From an uncultured Rhodopirellula sp. (GTDB taxonomy: Bacteria > Planctomycetota > Planctomycetia > Pirellulales > Pirellulaceae): a DNA stretch of 64,000 bases. The DNA is taken from positions 62,001-126,000 of the forward strand of contig CAXGAI010000007.1 of assembly GCA_964007735.1 (NCBI GenBank). Reading direction: 5' to 3'. The notes beneath the pieces were generated by a model. That model ran no database searches and was not told where the DNA came from. It saw only the letters and a program-made list of their open reading frames with translations. Both the position numbers and the translations under genes were made by a program. Of this stretch, positions 31,921 through 41,664 are shown one piece after another (position 1 is the stretch's first letter; every line of letters starts with the position of its first letter).

Positions 31921-32092
31921 GATAAAACACCAGTAGCCTATATTGAGGTAAACCTGTCCCCCTCCATGAGGTGCAGTCTCACCGTCTTGCGCATATTATT
32001 ACCTGTATTCCTGTTCGGTATTCTGACTGGTCGGGCTTTACATTTTGTTCGCAGTGTAGTGAGCCAATTTCTGCTGCTTTTCTCAGCAAATA

Positions 32093-32464
32093 CTACTGCT
32101 GAATAAGTCGTTGTATTTCTCTTGGGGTTGGTGATTCAGAATTGAACTCATCTAATTCGAAATCCCACCGCGCGTTTCGGGCACTTAATAACTTGATCTT
32201 TCCCGACCCTCTTTGGATCAAATAAACGCAAATCGCCTTGTTTTTAACGTCGATTAAAGTCAGCTGCTGACCTTCTTCGACAACTACTGAAGACATCAGC
32301 AGGTAGTTGTTGCTTTGTATGGCTTGGACGGGAGCTTGTACCCCGAGTCGTGTACCGACGGGATTTTGGGCATGAGTTGTAGGTTGTTGACTACCAACAA
32401 TTCCCACAATCATCAAACCGATACAACCGCTACAGATTACCCATCTCCTCAGTAACCGGGACAT
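32093..32464 (-). CDS. Hypothetical exported protein
   Basis: 123 aa, signal-like N-terminus, good RBS (AAGGAGAG); ends ARNARWDFELDEFNSESPTPREI. Confidence 0.7.
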   Translation of the reverse strand: MSRLLRRWVICSGCIGLMIVGIVGSQQPTTHAQNPVGTRLGVQAPVQAIQSNNYLLMSSVVVEEGQQLTLIDVKNKAICVYLIQRGSGKIKLLSARNARWDFELDEFNSESPTPREIQRLIQQ

Positions 32465-32933
32465 TTTCTCTCCTTAGAAAAACTCGTCGTGTTCTTACAA
32501 CCTTATGGCTTCGTCCATGGAACACGTCATTCCTGCTCCTTCATTCTAGGCATGTGCCAAAATTGTTCAAGCAAATGAAGACTGAAAGTTGCTGGCAAGT
32601 TACGCATACGCATGGTCACAAATAGACTGGTTAAATCTCGGCATTTGTATTTACATGAGGAAACCCAGGGAAACGCTTCTCAGGCTAATCGTCCCAGTTC
32701 GTTGTCTCTGGCACGGCTTGCCTATCCTCAAAGCACACCTGCGGAAAACGACATACTGTCTTGCGTTTCCTTCCAGGAAGTGCCGATCGTTCTTTAATGC
32801 AATTAAAAACAACAAAAAAAGTGTATAAACTGTGACGATTATGCCGAATTTGACGATGTAAGCCTGTCTTGTGCGATGGTGCGTGGTTCACGCTCTAATT
32901 ACTGCATAACGAGTCAAATCCGGAGGATGAACA

Positions 32934-34211
32934 TTGTCTCGGCCTAAATCAAATTCGGTTATTAATATAGTCTGGAATCTCGGCTGGCCGTTGTTGTGGG
33001 GTTCAGTTCTCAGCATTACTTTTTACGAGTTCCTCAACGGTCCGTTGGATTCTGAAAACCACCCGTTATTGCATCGATATTTTCTTGGACATCCGATTGC
33101 CATTGCGACAACGGTCATGTTTTTTATAGCTATGGCTGCTTTGATTCTCCGTGGAGTGAATCTGCTCGGACAACAGTTGGTGCTCAGTACATTTAAGTTT
33201 CCTGAAATCGACGCTCAATGGAAACAGGAAGATCGCGAGCAGGCCAGCGAGCTTCTCTTGCAAACCGAGTCATGGTCGCCGCGAGTCATTACCAGTTATT
33301 TAGGAACGCGGCTCACGGATCTATTGGAGATGATCCGCAGTACAGGTACAGCGGCCACGCTCGGCGATGAGATGAAGTATGCTTCTGAGCGTGATGCCGA
33401 CCGACAGTACGAAGGAGCCTCACTCGTTCGGATCATCATCTGGGCGACACCAATGCTCGGTTTTCTGGGTACCGTGATGGGGATTACGCAGGCATTGGGC
33501 GATCTTGCCGGGCAGCAGATCGGGGATGATTTAAATGGGGCAATGCAGGGACTTTTTAGCGGTCTTTATGTGGCATTTGACACGACTGCCGTCGCACTCA
33601 CTTTGTCCATCGTCCTGATGTTCTGTCAGTTTATGTCTGATCAGTTGGAATCGCAGATTCTGAGTGATGTAGACCAACAGGTAGAGGATGCATTACGCAG
33701 TCGGTTTAGTGGCAACAAGGATAGAGCGTCTGATTCATGGTCCGTAGTTGTTGAGGAAATGGTAAAGGGGCAAGCTTCCCAATGGTCCGACGCGCTCACA
33801 GTGATTCAAAAACAATGGCAGCAGTGGACGGCTCGGCAGGGAGAATCCATGGGGGATGCAATGTCGCTTGCTATGATCTCCGCAATGGAGAGGCAAGTCG
33901 AATTGCAACAGCATCAGTGGCAAAAATGGCAGGAATTACTTCAGGACAACGCTCAGTTGTTAGCGGTAAATCAGGAAAAAATGAATCAGCAGTCTGAGTT
34001 GTTAGGCCAAGTGGTTGAAGCGACCGGTGAAGTTGCTTCTCTGGAGCAGGCGCTGAATTCTAATTTGAATCATCTGCAGGAGACCCGACAATTTGAGGAT
34101 GCTGTGATTAGTCTTTCTGCTGCTATTCAATTACTTTCGACACGAATCACGGGCGAGGCTAAACCGCTTGATCTGCAAGGCGGTACTACCAATCGCGGAA
34201 AGGCAGCATGA
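32934..34211 (+). CDS. MotA/TolQ/ExbB family protein with long C-terminal coiled-coil tail
   Basis: TPMLGFLGTVMGIT and GLYVAFDTTAVAL motifs; roughly 190-aa Q/W-rich helical tail; GGAGG RBS before the TTG start. Confidence 0.85.
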   Translation: MSRPKSNSVINIVWNLGWPLLWGSVLSITFYEFLNGPLDSENHPLLHRYFLGHPIAIATTVMFFIAMAALILRGVNLLGQQLVLSTFKFPEIDAQWKQEDREQASELLLQTESWSPRVITSYLGTRLTDLLEMIRSTGTAATLGDEMKYASERDADRQYEGASLVRIIIWATPMLGFLGTVMGITQALGDLAGQQIGDDLNGAMQGLFSGLYVAFDTTAVALTLSIVLMFCQFMSDQLESQILSDVDQQVEDALRSRFSGNKDRASDSWSVVVEEMVKGQASQWSDALTVIQKQWQQWTARQGESMGDAMSLAMISAMERQVELQQHQWQKWQELLQDNAQLLAVNQEKMNQQSELLGQVVEATGEVASLEQALNSNLNHLQETRQFEDAVISLSAAIQLLSTRITGEAKPLDLQGGTTNRGKAA

Positions 34212-35761
34212 CTTTAAAACGGAAACGACGTCGTCAGGGGCTTGCCCCGTCCATGTTTCCATTTCTGGCGGTGTTGATTTGTACGATGGGGGCGCTGATT
34301 GCCGTGCTGGTTGTTGGAGTGCAGCAGGCCCGTGTCGATGCCGCGCAGGATGACCAGGCAGGAAGTCATGAATATCAGCAGGTTGTTGAACGAAATGATG
34401 AACGGCAACTGGAGATTGCCAACTATAAGTGGCGGAGTGAAATCCTTAAGTCAAAACAAGGTGAGTATCAGGGTGATATTCAGGAGAATCGTTTACGTCT
34501 TGCCCAGTTGGAAGCTCATATCCGAGACCTTGAAGGACGTTGGCAGAATTTACTGAATAAGTCGAAAATCGTAGCAGAGCAGCGTACCGTTTCAACAGAT
34601 GGTCAGATTGACTTGGAGGACGAAATCGCTCAGCTTCAACAAGAGATCTTTACAGCGAGAACTGAATTAGACCAGGTTCGCGCTGAAACGCAAAAACATA
34701 AGAAATCATATGCCATTGTTCCGTATCAGGGAGAGCATGGATCTTATCGACGTCCGGTGTATTTGGAGTGTGTAGCAGAAGGGGTCATTATTCAGCCGGA
34801 AGGGATTTTGATTTCTCATGCTGAGTTGGACGGACCATCTGGAGTGGGAAATCCGCTTAATGCCTGTTTGCGCACGATTCGTGAATTTTATGTTAAACAC
34901 ACGTTGGATGATCAAGAATCTCCCTACCCTCTGTTGATTGTAAGAGCCGAGGGGGTTGCTGCATTCGGAAAAGCACGACGGGCGATGGCCGACTGGAAAG
35001 ACGAGTACGGATTTGAATTAGTTTCAGATGATTTACCACTTGCCTTTCCAAATCCTCAGCCCACTCTTTCTGGTGAGCTCAAAAAAACGATCGCGCTTGC
35101 GAACGACCGCCAACGGGCGTTGGCTCTGGCAATGCCCAGTCGGTATCCGGTTCTGCCGAGGGCTCAGTCCGGGGAACCGGTGGATACGGTATTTAACACA
35201 ACCACTGCACAAGGTGACGGATTTGGTGATGGGCAGGCAGCGTCAGCGACGCTGGGAAGCCGGCCTGGCACAGGTGGGACGGGTGAAGTCGCTGGAAATA
35301 CAGAGGTCGAGTATTCAAATCGTGAGAGCATCGATAGTGGTGAGATGGGTAGTAAATTCAACGGGACTGGAGTTCCGGGAGGTGCTATGATTACCCCCCC
35401 CGGTGGCGTTGGTATGGCGGGCCGTCCGCAGGGATGGGCTCTCGAGAATAATCATCGGGGACCGGCGATTACGCGGCCAGTTAAAGTGATTTGTGAAGCC
35501 AGTCGCCTAACAATCATGCCAGCCGCAGGTGAACGAGGGAAACCTGTGGTCGTTGAACTGGGAATGACGGTTAAAGTTAGCATCGATCAATTTGTTGCCG
35601 CATTGCATGAGCACATTGATCGATGGGGAATCGCCATTGCCGGAGGACATTGGAAACCAGAATTGAAAGTGGAGATACAGTCAGGAGGTGAAGCCAGATT
35701 CAAGGAACTGCAATACACTTTGTATGGCAGTGGAATAGATGTGTGGCGGCATACGGATTAA
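34208..35761 (+). CDS. ExbD/MotB-like single-TM protein with coiled coil and Gly-rich linker
   Basis: Basic N-terminus and SMFPFLAVLICTMGALI TM; coiled coil; YPLLIVRAEG motif; ATGA-coupled to the upstream gene. Confidence 0.7.
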   Translation: MTLKRKRRRQGLAPSMFPFLAVLICTMGALIAVLVVGVQQARVDAAQDDQAGSHEYQQVVERNDERQLEIANYKWRSEILKSKQGEYQGDIQENRLRLAQLEAHIRDLEGRWQNLLNKSKIVAEQRTVSTDGQIDLEDEIAQLQQEIFTARTELDQVRAETQKHKKSYAIVPYQGEHGSYRRPVYLECVAEGVIIQPEGILISHAELDGPSGVGNPLNACLRTIREFYVKHTLDDQESPYPLLIVRAEGVAAFGKARRAMADWKDEYGFELVSDDLPLAFPNPQPTLSGELKKTIALANDRQRALALAMPSRYPVLPRAQSGEPVDTVFNTTTAQGDGFGDGQAASATLGSRPGTGGTGEVAGNTEVEYSNRESIDSGEMGSKFNGTGVPGGAMITPPGGVGMAGRPQGWALENNHRGPAITRPVKVICEASRLTIMPAAGERGKPVVVELGMTVKVSIDQFVAALHEHIDRWGIAIAGGHWKPELKVEIQSGGEARFKELQYTLYGSGIDVWRHTD

Positions 35762-36775
35762 ATGAGTAAGCGAGCAACAAGTGAACACGGCATCGGTGGT
35801 CTGGACTCGTTTCAGGATATCGTAGCCAACCTGGTTGGCATTCTGATCATTCTGGTGATGATTGTGATGATGCGTGCGCGTGACGAATTGGCTCGGACAC
35901 CGAAAGTGCCGCCGCTGAAAGAAGTGTCTGTTGCTGAGGTGGACGAGGCTCGGGCTATGGCTACCGGAGTCGAAGACAATATTCTTGAATTGGATGATAC
36001 AATCCAGCGGCAGGAATTTGAGTTGAATTATCGCAAACGCGAGAGAGATCGAATTCTGGAATCCATTACTCGTGCGGAACAGGAATTAAAAGAACAGCAG
36101 GAGTCCATGTCGATTGAAAGTCAGGCTAGTATCGAAATGGCTTCCCAGTATGAAGCGATGACTAAAGAACTTGGCGAATTGATCAGGAGTCGTCAGGTTC
36201 TCAAGCAGTTGGAACCGGATGTCCATGTGATCGAACATATGCCTACCCCGATGGCCAAGACCGTTTTCGGTAAGGAAATACATTTTCGTTTGGACGCTGG
36301 CCGGATCTCTTATGTACCGTTTGATGAGCTTGTGGAACGGATGAAACGCGATGCTCAGAACAAAGTGCACAAATTGCATAATCATCCTCAGATCACTGAG
36401 ACGATAGGTCCTGTTTCAGGTTATCGCCTACGCTACGAACTGGGATATACCAACGATGTGATCAAAACGCGCTCTGGCTCGCGTTTGCAACAAAAAATAG
36501 AAATGCTGCAGCTTGAATTGATTCCTGTGCAGGCCGTATTTGGTGAACCGGTCGAGGTGGCTTTGGCCGCTGGCTCACAATTCATGCAGTACATCAAACG
36601 TACCGTTCCTGATACGACGACAGTCACGATTTGGGTTTACCCCAATAGCTTCGATGAATTTCGTCAATTCAAAACAACACTGTTTTCGATGGGATACGCA
36701 TGTGCAGGTCGCCCGCTACCTGAAGGTCTCTATATTTCCGCCTCACCTCACGGAACGAAATCTGTCCGCCAGTAG
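35762..36775 (+). CDS. ExbD-like single-TM protein with coiled coil
   Basis: LDSFQDIVANLVGILIILVMIV TM; coiled coil; C-terminal TVTIWVYPNSF alpha/beta domain; abuts the upstream stop. Confidence 0.7.
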   Translation: MSKRATSEHGIGGLDSFQDIVANLVGILIILVMIVMMRARDELARTPKVPPLKEVSVAEVDEARAMATGVEDNILELDDTIQRQEFELNYRKRERDRILESITRAEQELKEQQESMSIESQASIEMASQYEAMTKELGELIRSRQVLKQLEPDVHVIEHMPTPMAKTVFGKEIHFRLDAGRISYVPFDELVERMKRDAQNKVHKLHNHPQITETIGPVSGYRLRYELGYTNDVIKTRSGSRLQQKIEMLQLELIPVQAVFGEPVEVALAAGSQFMQYIKRTVPDTTTVTIWVYPNSFDEFRQFKTTLFSMGYACAGRPLPEGLYISASPHGTKSVRQ

Positions 36776-36795
36776 TGTTGCTTTTCTGCGGAGTC

Positions 36796-38151
36796 TTAAA
36801 GTTGTTTAAGGCCATATTCTAAAGCGTTCACGATTTGAGTGACTTGTTCGCCTGAGATAGAAAGTGGTGGCATAATGACGAGAGTGTCTCGTAGAGGTCT
36901 TAGCCAAACGCCCTTTTCCCGTGCAGCCAGACATACTTTTGTGCCGGTAGCCAGGGAAGGGTCGAGTGGCGTTTTGTGTTCTTTGTCGGCGACTAATTCG
37001 ATGGCTGCGATGAGTCCCCGTTGGCGAATGTCTCCCACTAGAGGGTGTTCAGCCACTTGGTCGGCTAATAACGCAGATAGTAATTGGCTTTGTTTAGCGA
37101 CATTGTTCAGCGTATTTTCTTCTTCAAAGATATTCAAAGAAGCGAGCGCCGCCGCCGCTGCTAATGGATTGCCTGCATAAGTGTGGCCGTGATAAAAAGT
37201 CTTCTTGCCGGCACCTAAAAAGGCATTCCAGATTTCTGTTGTGGCGACGGTGGCAGACATTGCAAGGTAGCCACCGGTAATACCTTTACCCAGACATAGT
37301 ATGTCCGGGCTGATCTCTTCCTGGTCGCAGGCAAACATCGTTCCCGTTCGGCCAAAACCGACCGCGATTTCATCCGCGATCAGAAGAACACCATATTTTC
37401 GAGTGAGGTCACGTACACCGCGAAGATAACCGGCCGGTTGCATGACCAGTCCGGCAGCCCCCTGAACAAGCGGTTCCACGATCATGGCCGCCACCTGTTC
37501 GTGGTGTGCGGCGAGCGTCGCTTCTAGTTGTTCGAGATAGTACTGCGTGAGATTCTCTTCCGTTACGCCCTCAGGAAGCCGATAAGTGCTTGGATTTTCG
37601 ACACGGATGACTTTAAACAGTAACGGCTCAAACATTTCGTGGAACCGAGCCACCCCTCCGACGCTAACACTACCGAGTGTGTCACCATGATAGGCTGAGC
37701 CCAGTGCGATGTAGGTGTTTTTTTGGGGCTTGGGGTTTTCCCGTTGGTGCCAATATTGGAATGCCATCTTGAGACCGACTTCCACACTGCTTGCACCGTC
37801 GCCGGAAAAAAATGTGTGCTCGAGACCGCTAGGAGTGATCTCGGCAAGACGCCGGGCCAATTCGATAGAGGCGGGGTTGGACATCCCCAGCGACGTGACA
37901 TGGGCAACTTGGTTTAATTGGGTGGTGATTGCGGCATTGATTCTGGGATGGCAGTGACCGTGTACGTTACACCAAACGCTGCTCACTCCATCGATGAGTT
38001 CGTTGCCGTCGATATCTTTTAGAATACATCCATTGGCTGATTCAATGATCAGGGGGTTGTAGTCGCGCATTTGTGTAAATGCATGCCATACATGATGTTT
38101 ATCCCAACGAGCATATTGTTCCCAGTCAGGTGTTGAGTTGTCTGAGGTCAT
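36796..38151 (-). CDS. bioA: Adenosylmethionine-8-amino-7-oxononanoate aminotransferase
   Basis: VWHAFTQM, SSVWCNVHGH, YHGDTLG, LIADEIAVGFGRTG, LGKGITGGY and HGHTYAGN. Confidence 0.92.
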   Translation of the reverse strand: MTSDNSTPDWEQYARWDKHHVWHAFTQMRDYNPLIIESANGCILKDIDGNELIDGVSSVWCNVHGHCHPRINAAITTQLNQVAHVTSLGMSNPASIELARRLAEITPSGLEHTFFSGDGASSVEVGLKMAFQYWHQRENPKPQKNTYIALGSAYHGDTLGSVSVGGVARFHEMFEPLLFKVIRVENPSTYRLPEGVTEENLTQYYLEQLEATLAAHHEQVAAMIVEPLVQGAAGLVMQPAGYLRGVRDLTRKYGVLLIADEIAVGFGRTGTMFACDQEEISPDILCLGKGITGGYLAMSATVATTEIWNAFLGAGKKTFYHGHTYAGNPLAAAAALASLNIFEEENTLNNVAKQSQLLSALLADQVAEHPLVGDIRQRGLIAAIELVADKEHKTPLDPSLATGTKVCLAAREKGVWLRPLRDTLVIMPPLSISGEQVTQIVNALEYGLKQL

Positions 38152-38202
38152 CTTTGAAACCTCGCGAATCTCGCGAATCTCACAATTCGAGGGCGATGAA
38201 AG

Positions 38203-39675
38203 TCATATGTTTTTAATGATGTCGAGGCAGATTTGCCGAACCTGACCGGGATTGACATTTGGATTTTCTTTTTTAGCCTGCCCGATAAGAGCTCCGACAG
38301 CTTTTTCGTTTCCGCCTTTGACATCGTCTACCACTCGTTGGTTTCGTTCAATCAGCATTCGACATAAGTCTTCTAAAGCTCCTTCATCGACCCGCTCGAT
38401 TCCTAAATCCTCAACAACATCTGCCGCAGACTGTCCTGATTCCAACATGGCCGTGAAAACGTCTTTGGCTTTCGAGCTATCTAAGTCGCCTGCCTGAACA
38501 AGCCTTAAAAGTTCGGCCATTTGGCTGGGGGTAAGCTTGAACTCATCGATACTGATTTCCTGATCATTAAGAATCCGAAGCACTTCCCCCTGAATCCAGT
38601 TGCCCGCCAGTTTGTGATCGCCACAAGCTGCGGCAAGTTCCAGGAAGTAGTCGACGAGCGTTCGTCCCTGATTGACGATCACGTCGGACGTATAGGTGGA
38701 AAGGCCAAAATCTGATTCTAGACGTTGTCTTAGACCCGACGGAAGCTCGCCAATTCCACTACGTACTTCTTCAATCTGTTCATCGGTGACGACGACGGGT
38801 ACCAGGTCAGGACATGGAAAATAACGATAGTCAGCGGATTCTTCTTTTTCACGTTGTGCGCGAGTGACTTGTGCTGAGTCATCCCAGCCTCTTGTTTGTT
38901 TCGGAAGTTCCCCTAGTATCTTCCCGGTTTCCTGCCAGACGTCGTATTGCCGCTTGGCTTCATAGTTAATCCCCCGCTCTACACTCCGGAAACTATTCAT
39001 GTTCTTGATTTCCACAATCGGAGTGGCGATCACGCCATTTTCAGTTGGAATGTGTAAGTTTACATTGGCATCACAACGCAGGGAACCTTCCTGCATATTG
39101 CAGTCCGACACTTCGAGATAAGTCAGTAAAAGGCGTAATTCCTGCATGTAAACTTTGGCTTCGGCCGCACTACGCATATCTGGATAGCTTACGATTTCCA
39201 GCAGCGGCGTTCCTGTCCGGTTGAGATCGATACGACTGTCACCTTTACCGGCAACCTCGTCGTGTATACTCTTGCCCGCATCTTCTTCAAGATGGGCGCG
39301 TATGATGCGTACTCGGCGAGGTTCGAATTCGTCTTTGGTCGACTGGATATCGAGATAGCCTTCTTCGCTCATTGGTAGATCAAACTGGCTGGTTTGATAT
39401 CCCTTCGGGAGGTCCGGATAGAAGTAGTTTTTACGATCCCATTTAGTGAACTTAGGGATACCGCAATGCAATGCCAGCGCTGTTTTCATACCGAGGAAGT
39501 ATGCTTTCTTGTTCATCACTGGTAGTGCCCCGGGCATGCCGAGGCAGACGGGGCAGGTTTGCGTATTAGGCGGACTGCCGAACATGGTGCTGCAGCGGCA
39601 GAATAGTTTGGTGTTGGTCTTTAGCTGGACGTGGACTTCCAGACCGATCACGATTTCATAGGGAGCGTCACTCAT
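38203..39675 (-). CDS. gatB: Asp/Glu-tRNA amidotransferase subunit B
   Basis: IGLEVHVQL, RKNYFYPDLPKGYQ, HLEEDAGK and EGSLRCDAN; start ATG 39675 overlaps the gatA stop. Confidence 0.97.
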   Translation of the reverse strand: MSDAPYEIVIGLEVHVQLKTNTKLFCRCSTMFGSPPNTQTCPVCLGMPGALPVMNKKAYFLGMKTALALHCGIPKFTKWDRKNYFYPDLPKGYQTSQFDLPMSEEGYLDIQSTKDEFEPRRVRIIRAHLEEDAGKSIHDEVAGKGDSRIDLNRTGTPLLEIVSYPDMRSAAEAKVYMQELRLLLTYLEVSDCNMQEGSLRCDANVNLHIPTENGVIATPIVEIKNMNSFRSVERGINYEAKRQYDVWQETGKILGELPKQTRGWDDSAQVTRAQREKEESADYRYFPCPDLVPVVVTDEQIEEVRSGIGELPSGLRQRLESDFGLSTYTSDVIVNQGRTLVDYFLELAAACGDHKLAGNWIQGEVLRILNDQEISIDEFKLTPSQMAELLRLVQAGDLDSSKAKDVFTAMLESGQSAADVVEDLGIERVDEGALEDLCRMLIERNQRVVDDVKGGNEKAVGALIGQAKKENPNVNPGQVRQICLDIIKNI

Positions 39676-41162
39676 TAAAGTTCTGGCCTCCGTGTATGAA
39701 AGTCCGTCGCGTTCTGGAACATTTGTGCCGCGCGAAGTAACTTTTCTTCTTGGAACGGAGCGGCTTGTAATTGCAAGCCAATCGGCAGTCCGCTTTTCGT
39801 GAATCCGCAAGGAAGTGAGATTCCTGCAACCCCTGCAAGATTAGCCGTTACGGTATACAGATCTTCGAGGTACATGGCCATCGGGTCACTCGTCTTTTCT
39901 CCTTTGGAGAATGCCGCATTGGCTGTAACGGGGCCGATGATCATATCAACTTCACCAAAAGCATTGTCGTAGTCCTGACGGATGAGTCGACGTACTTTCA
40001 ATGCCTTTAAGTAGAATGCATCATAGTATCCTTCGCTGAGAGCATACGTCCCCAACATGATACGGCGTTGTACTTCCGCGCCGAAGCCTTCACTTCGTGT
40101 TTTACGGTACATGCGAACAAGCGGGCCCTCATCGGTTCCGTCTTCTACCAGTTCGGCATGATCGGTGCGGTATCCGTAATGAGCGCCATCGTAGCGTGCA
40201 AGGTTGCTGGAGGCTTCACAGGGAGCGATGATGTAATATGTTGCGATACCATAATCGGCATGTGGCATTTCGATGTTTTTAATGGTGGCCCCAAGGGATG
40301 TGTAGGTGGCGATGGCTTGTTTGACCGCCGCTTCGATCTCCGCGTCGATACCTGCTCCAAAATGTTGGTTAACAACACCCAGCGTTAAGCTTTCAAGGGG
40401 TTGGTGAACACTCCCAGAATAAGCCGGGACCGGTGTGTCCACGGATGTCGAGTCGAGTGCATCATGACCGGCTAAAACTTCCATGAGCAATGCGACGTCT
40501 TCCACGGTTTTGGCAAGCGGACCGATTTGGTCGAGGCTGCTGGCAAAGGCGATCAGTCCGTAACGACTAACGCGACCATAGGTAGGTTTTAGTCCGACGC
40601 ACCCACACAACGCGGCGGGCTGACGGATGGAGCCACCGGTATCTGTTCCCAGCGACAGTGGTGCCATATCCGCCGAGATGCAAGCTGCTGCGCCACCACT
40701 ACTCCCACCAGGGATACGGGAGGTATCCCATGGGTTTTGGGTTGGGTGGTAAGCGGAATTTTCTGTGGAGCTACCCATGGCGAACTCGTCCATGTTTGTG
40801 CGTCCCAGAATAACGGCATCAGCCGCCTGCAGTTTCTCGACTACCGTGGCGTTGTAGGGAGGCACAAAGTTTTCCAGCATCTTTGAGCCACAAGTGGTGG
40901 GAGTATCTTTGGTGCAAAGAATATCTTTTATTGCTACCGGGAGACCCGCGAGCTTGCCAAGAGGTTCCCCCGTCTCACGTTTGCGATCAACTTCAGCTGC
41001 CTGGGTGAGGGCTGCCTCGGATTCAACCCGTAAGAAAGCTCCGATGGCCGGCTCAACCTGATGGATTCGATTCAGGTAGGCCTGCGTTAATTCAACACTC
41101 GTTATTTCACCCGATCTGAGAAGTGCTAGTTGCTCGGTTGCAGTTTTTTGAATGATTGACAT
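39675..41162 (-). CDS. gatA: Asp/Glu-tRNA amidotransferase subunit A
   Basis: NMDEFAMGSS, PGGSSGG, DTGGSIRQPA and SSNLARYDG; start probably ATG 41162. Confidence 0.97.
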   Translation of the reverse strand: MSIIQKTATEQLALLRSGEITSVELTQAYLNRIHQVEPAIGAFLRVESEAALTQAAEVDRKRETGEPLGKLAGLPVAIKDILCTKDTPTTCGSKMLENFVPPYNATVVEKLQAADAVILGRTNMDEFAMGSSTENSAYHPTQNPWDTSRIPGGSSGGAAACISADMAPLSLGTDTGGSIRQPAALCGCVGLKPTYGRVSRYGLIAFASSLDQIGPLAKTVEDVALLMEVLAGHDALDSTSVDTPVPAYSGSVHQPLESLTLGVVNQHFGAGIDAEIEAAVKQAIATYTSLGATIKNIEMPHADYGIATYYIIAPCEASSNLARYDGAHYGYRTDHAELVEDGTDEGPLVRMYRKTRSEGFGAEVQRRIMLGTYALSEGYYDAFYLKALKVRRLIRQDYDNAFGEVDMIIGPVTANAAFSKGEKTSDPMAMYLEDLYTVTANLAGVAGISLPCGFTKSGLPIGLQLQAAPFQEEKLLRAAQMFQNATDFHTRRPEL

Positions 41163-41212
41163 GTTGTTTCTCAATGTCCGCTTGTCGCTGCGGTGCCCCG
41201 CAGGAAGGGCTG

Positions 41213-41503
41213 TTATTCCCCCAGGACTGCCGGAACAAGAAAGTATTCTCCATCATGCTTAGGGGCGTTTTTCAGGACTTCGTCACGTAATAGACTTGGT
41301 CGCAATTCATCCTCAGCCAGAGCATTATGAATATCTAATGCGTGTGCCATAGGTTCCACTTCTTCGGTGTTCAATTCAGAGAGCTTGTCGACGTATTGAA
41401 CAATTTGAACCATATGCTCGGTTATCTTATCCAATTCGGCGTCGTCAAACCTGAGCCGGGCCAGTAGAGCAACTTTTTCTACATCCTGACGAGTAAGTGA
41501 CAT
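41213..41503 (-). CDS. gatC: Asp/Glu-tRNA amidotransferase subunit C
   Basis: VEKVALLARL...NAP...YFLVPAV; upstream of gatA. Confidence 0.95.
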   Translation of the reverse strand: MSLTRQDVEKVALLARLRFDDAELDKITEHMVQIVQYVDKLSELNTEEVEPMAHALDIHNALAEDELRPSLLRDEVLKNAPKHDGEYFLVPAVLGE

Positions 41504-41530
41504 CGTTTTTCATCCTGTTTAACTAGCAAT

Positions 41531-41626
41531 ACGAAAAAATCCCGAAACATACCCTCTGGTCTGGTTGATTAAGACCGGCATGGTGCGCCGCTGGCGGACC
41601 AATTGGAGTTTCGGGAGTTCGTTTTT
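41531..41626. ncRNA. Candidate structured RNA or complex terminator between rpmB and gatC
   Basis: Closing stem TCCCGAAAC/GTTTCGGGA enclosing two hairpins; not matched to any family I recognise. Confidence 0.35.
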
Positions 41627-41664
41627 ATAGCGAGAAGGGAAAACAGATTCCGTTTCCCGATAGG

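Noticed and set aside
31987..32010. TTGCGCATATTATT resembling the XerC arm of a dif site
   Set aside because: The XerD arm (TTATGTTAAAT) is absent
32708..32722. TGGCACGGCTTGC as a sigma-54 promoter for the motor triad
   Set aside because: GG-to-GC spacing is 8 nt rather than the required 10
32934..36775. Calling the triad a Zorya defence system
   Set aside because: No OmpA-like ZorB domain or ZorC/D/E helicase/nuclease seen, and the context is housekeeping rather than a defence island
41188..41203. Small GC hairpin with a GNRA loop (minus strand) between gatC and gatA
   Set aside because: Only a 6-bp stem with no U-tract; at most an mRNA stability element
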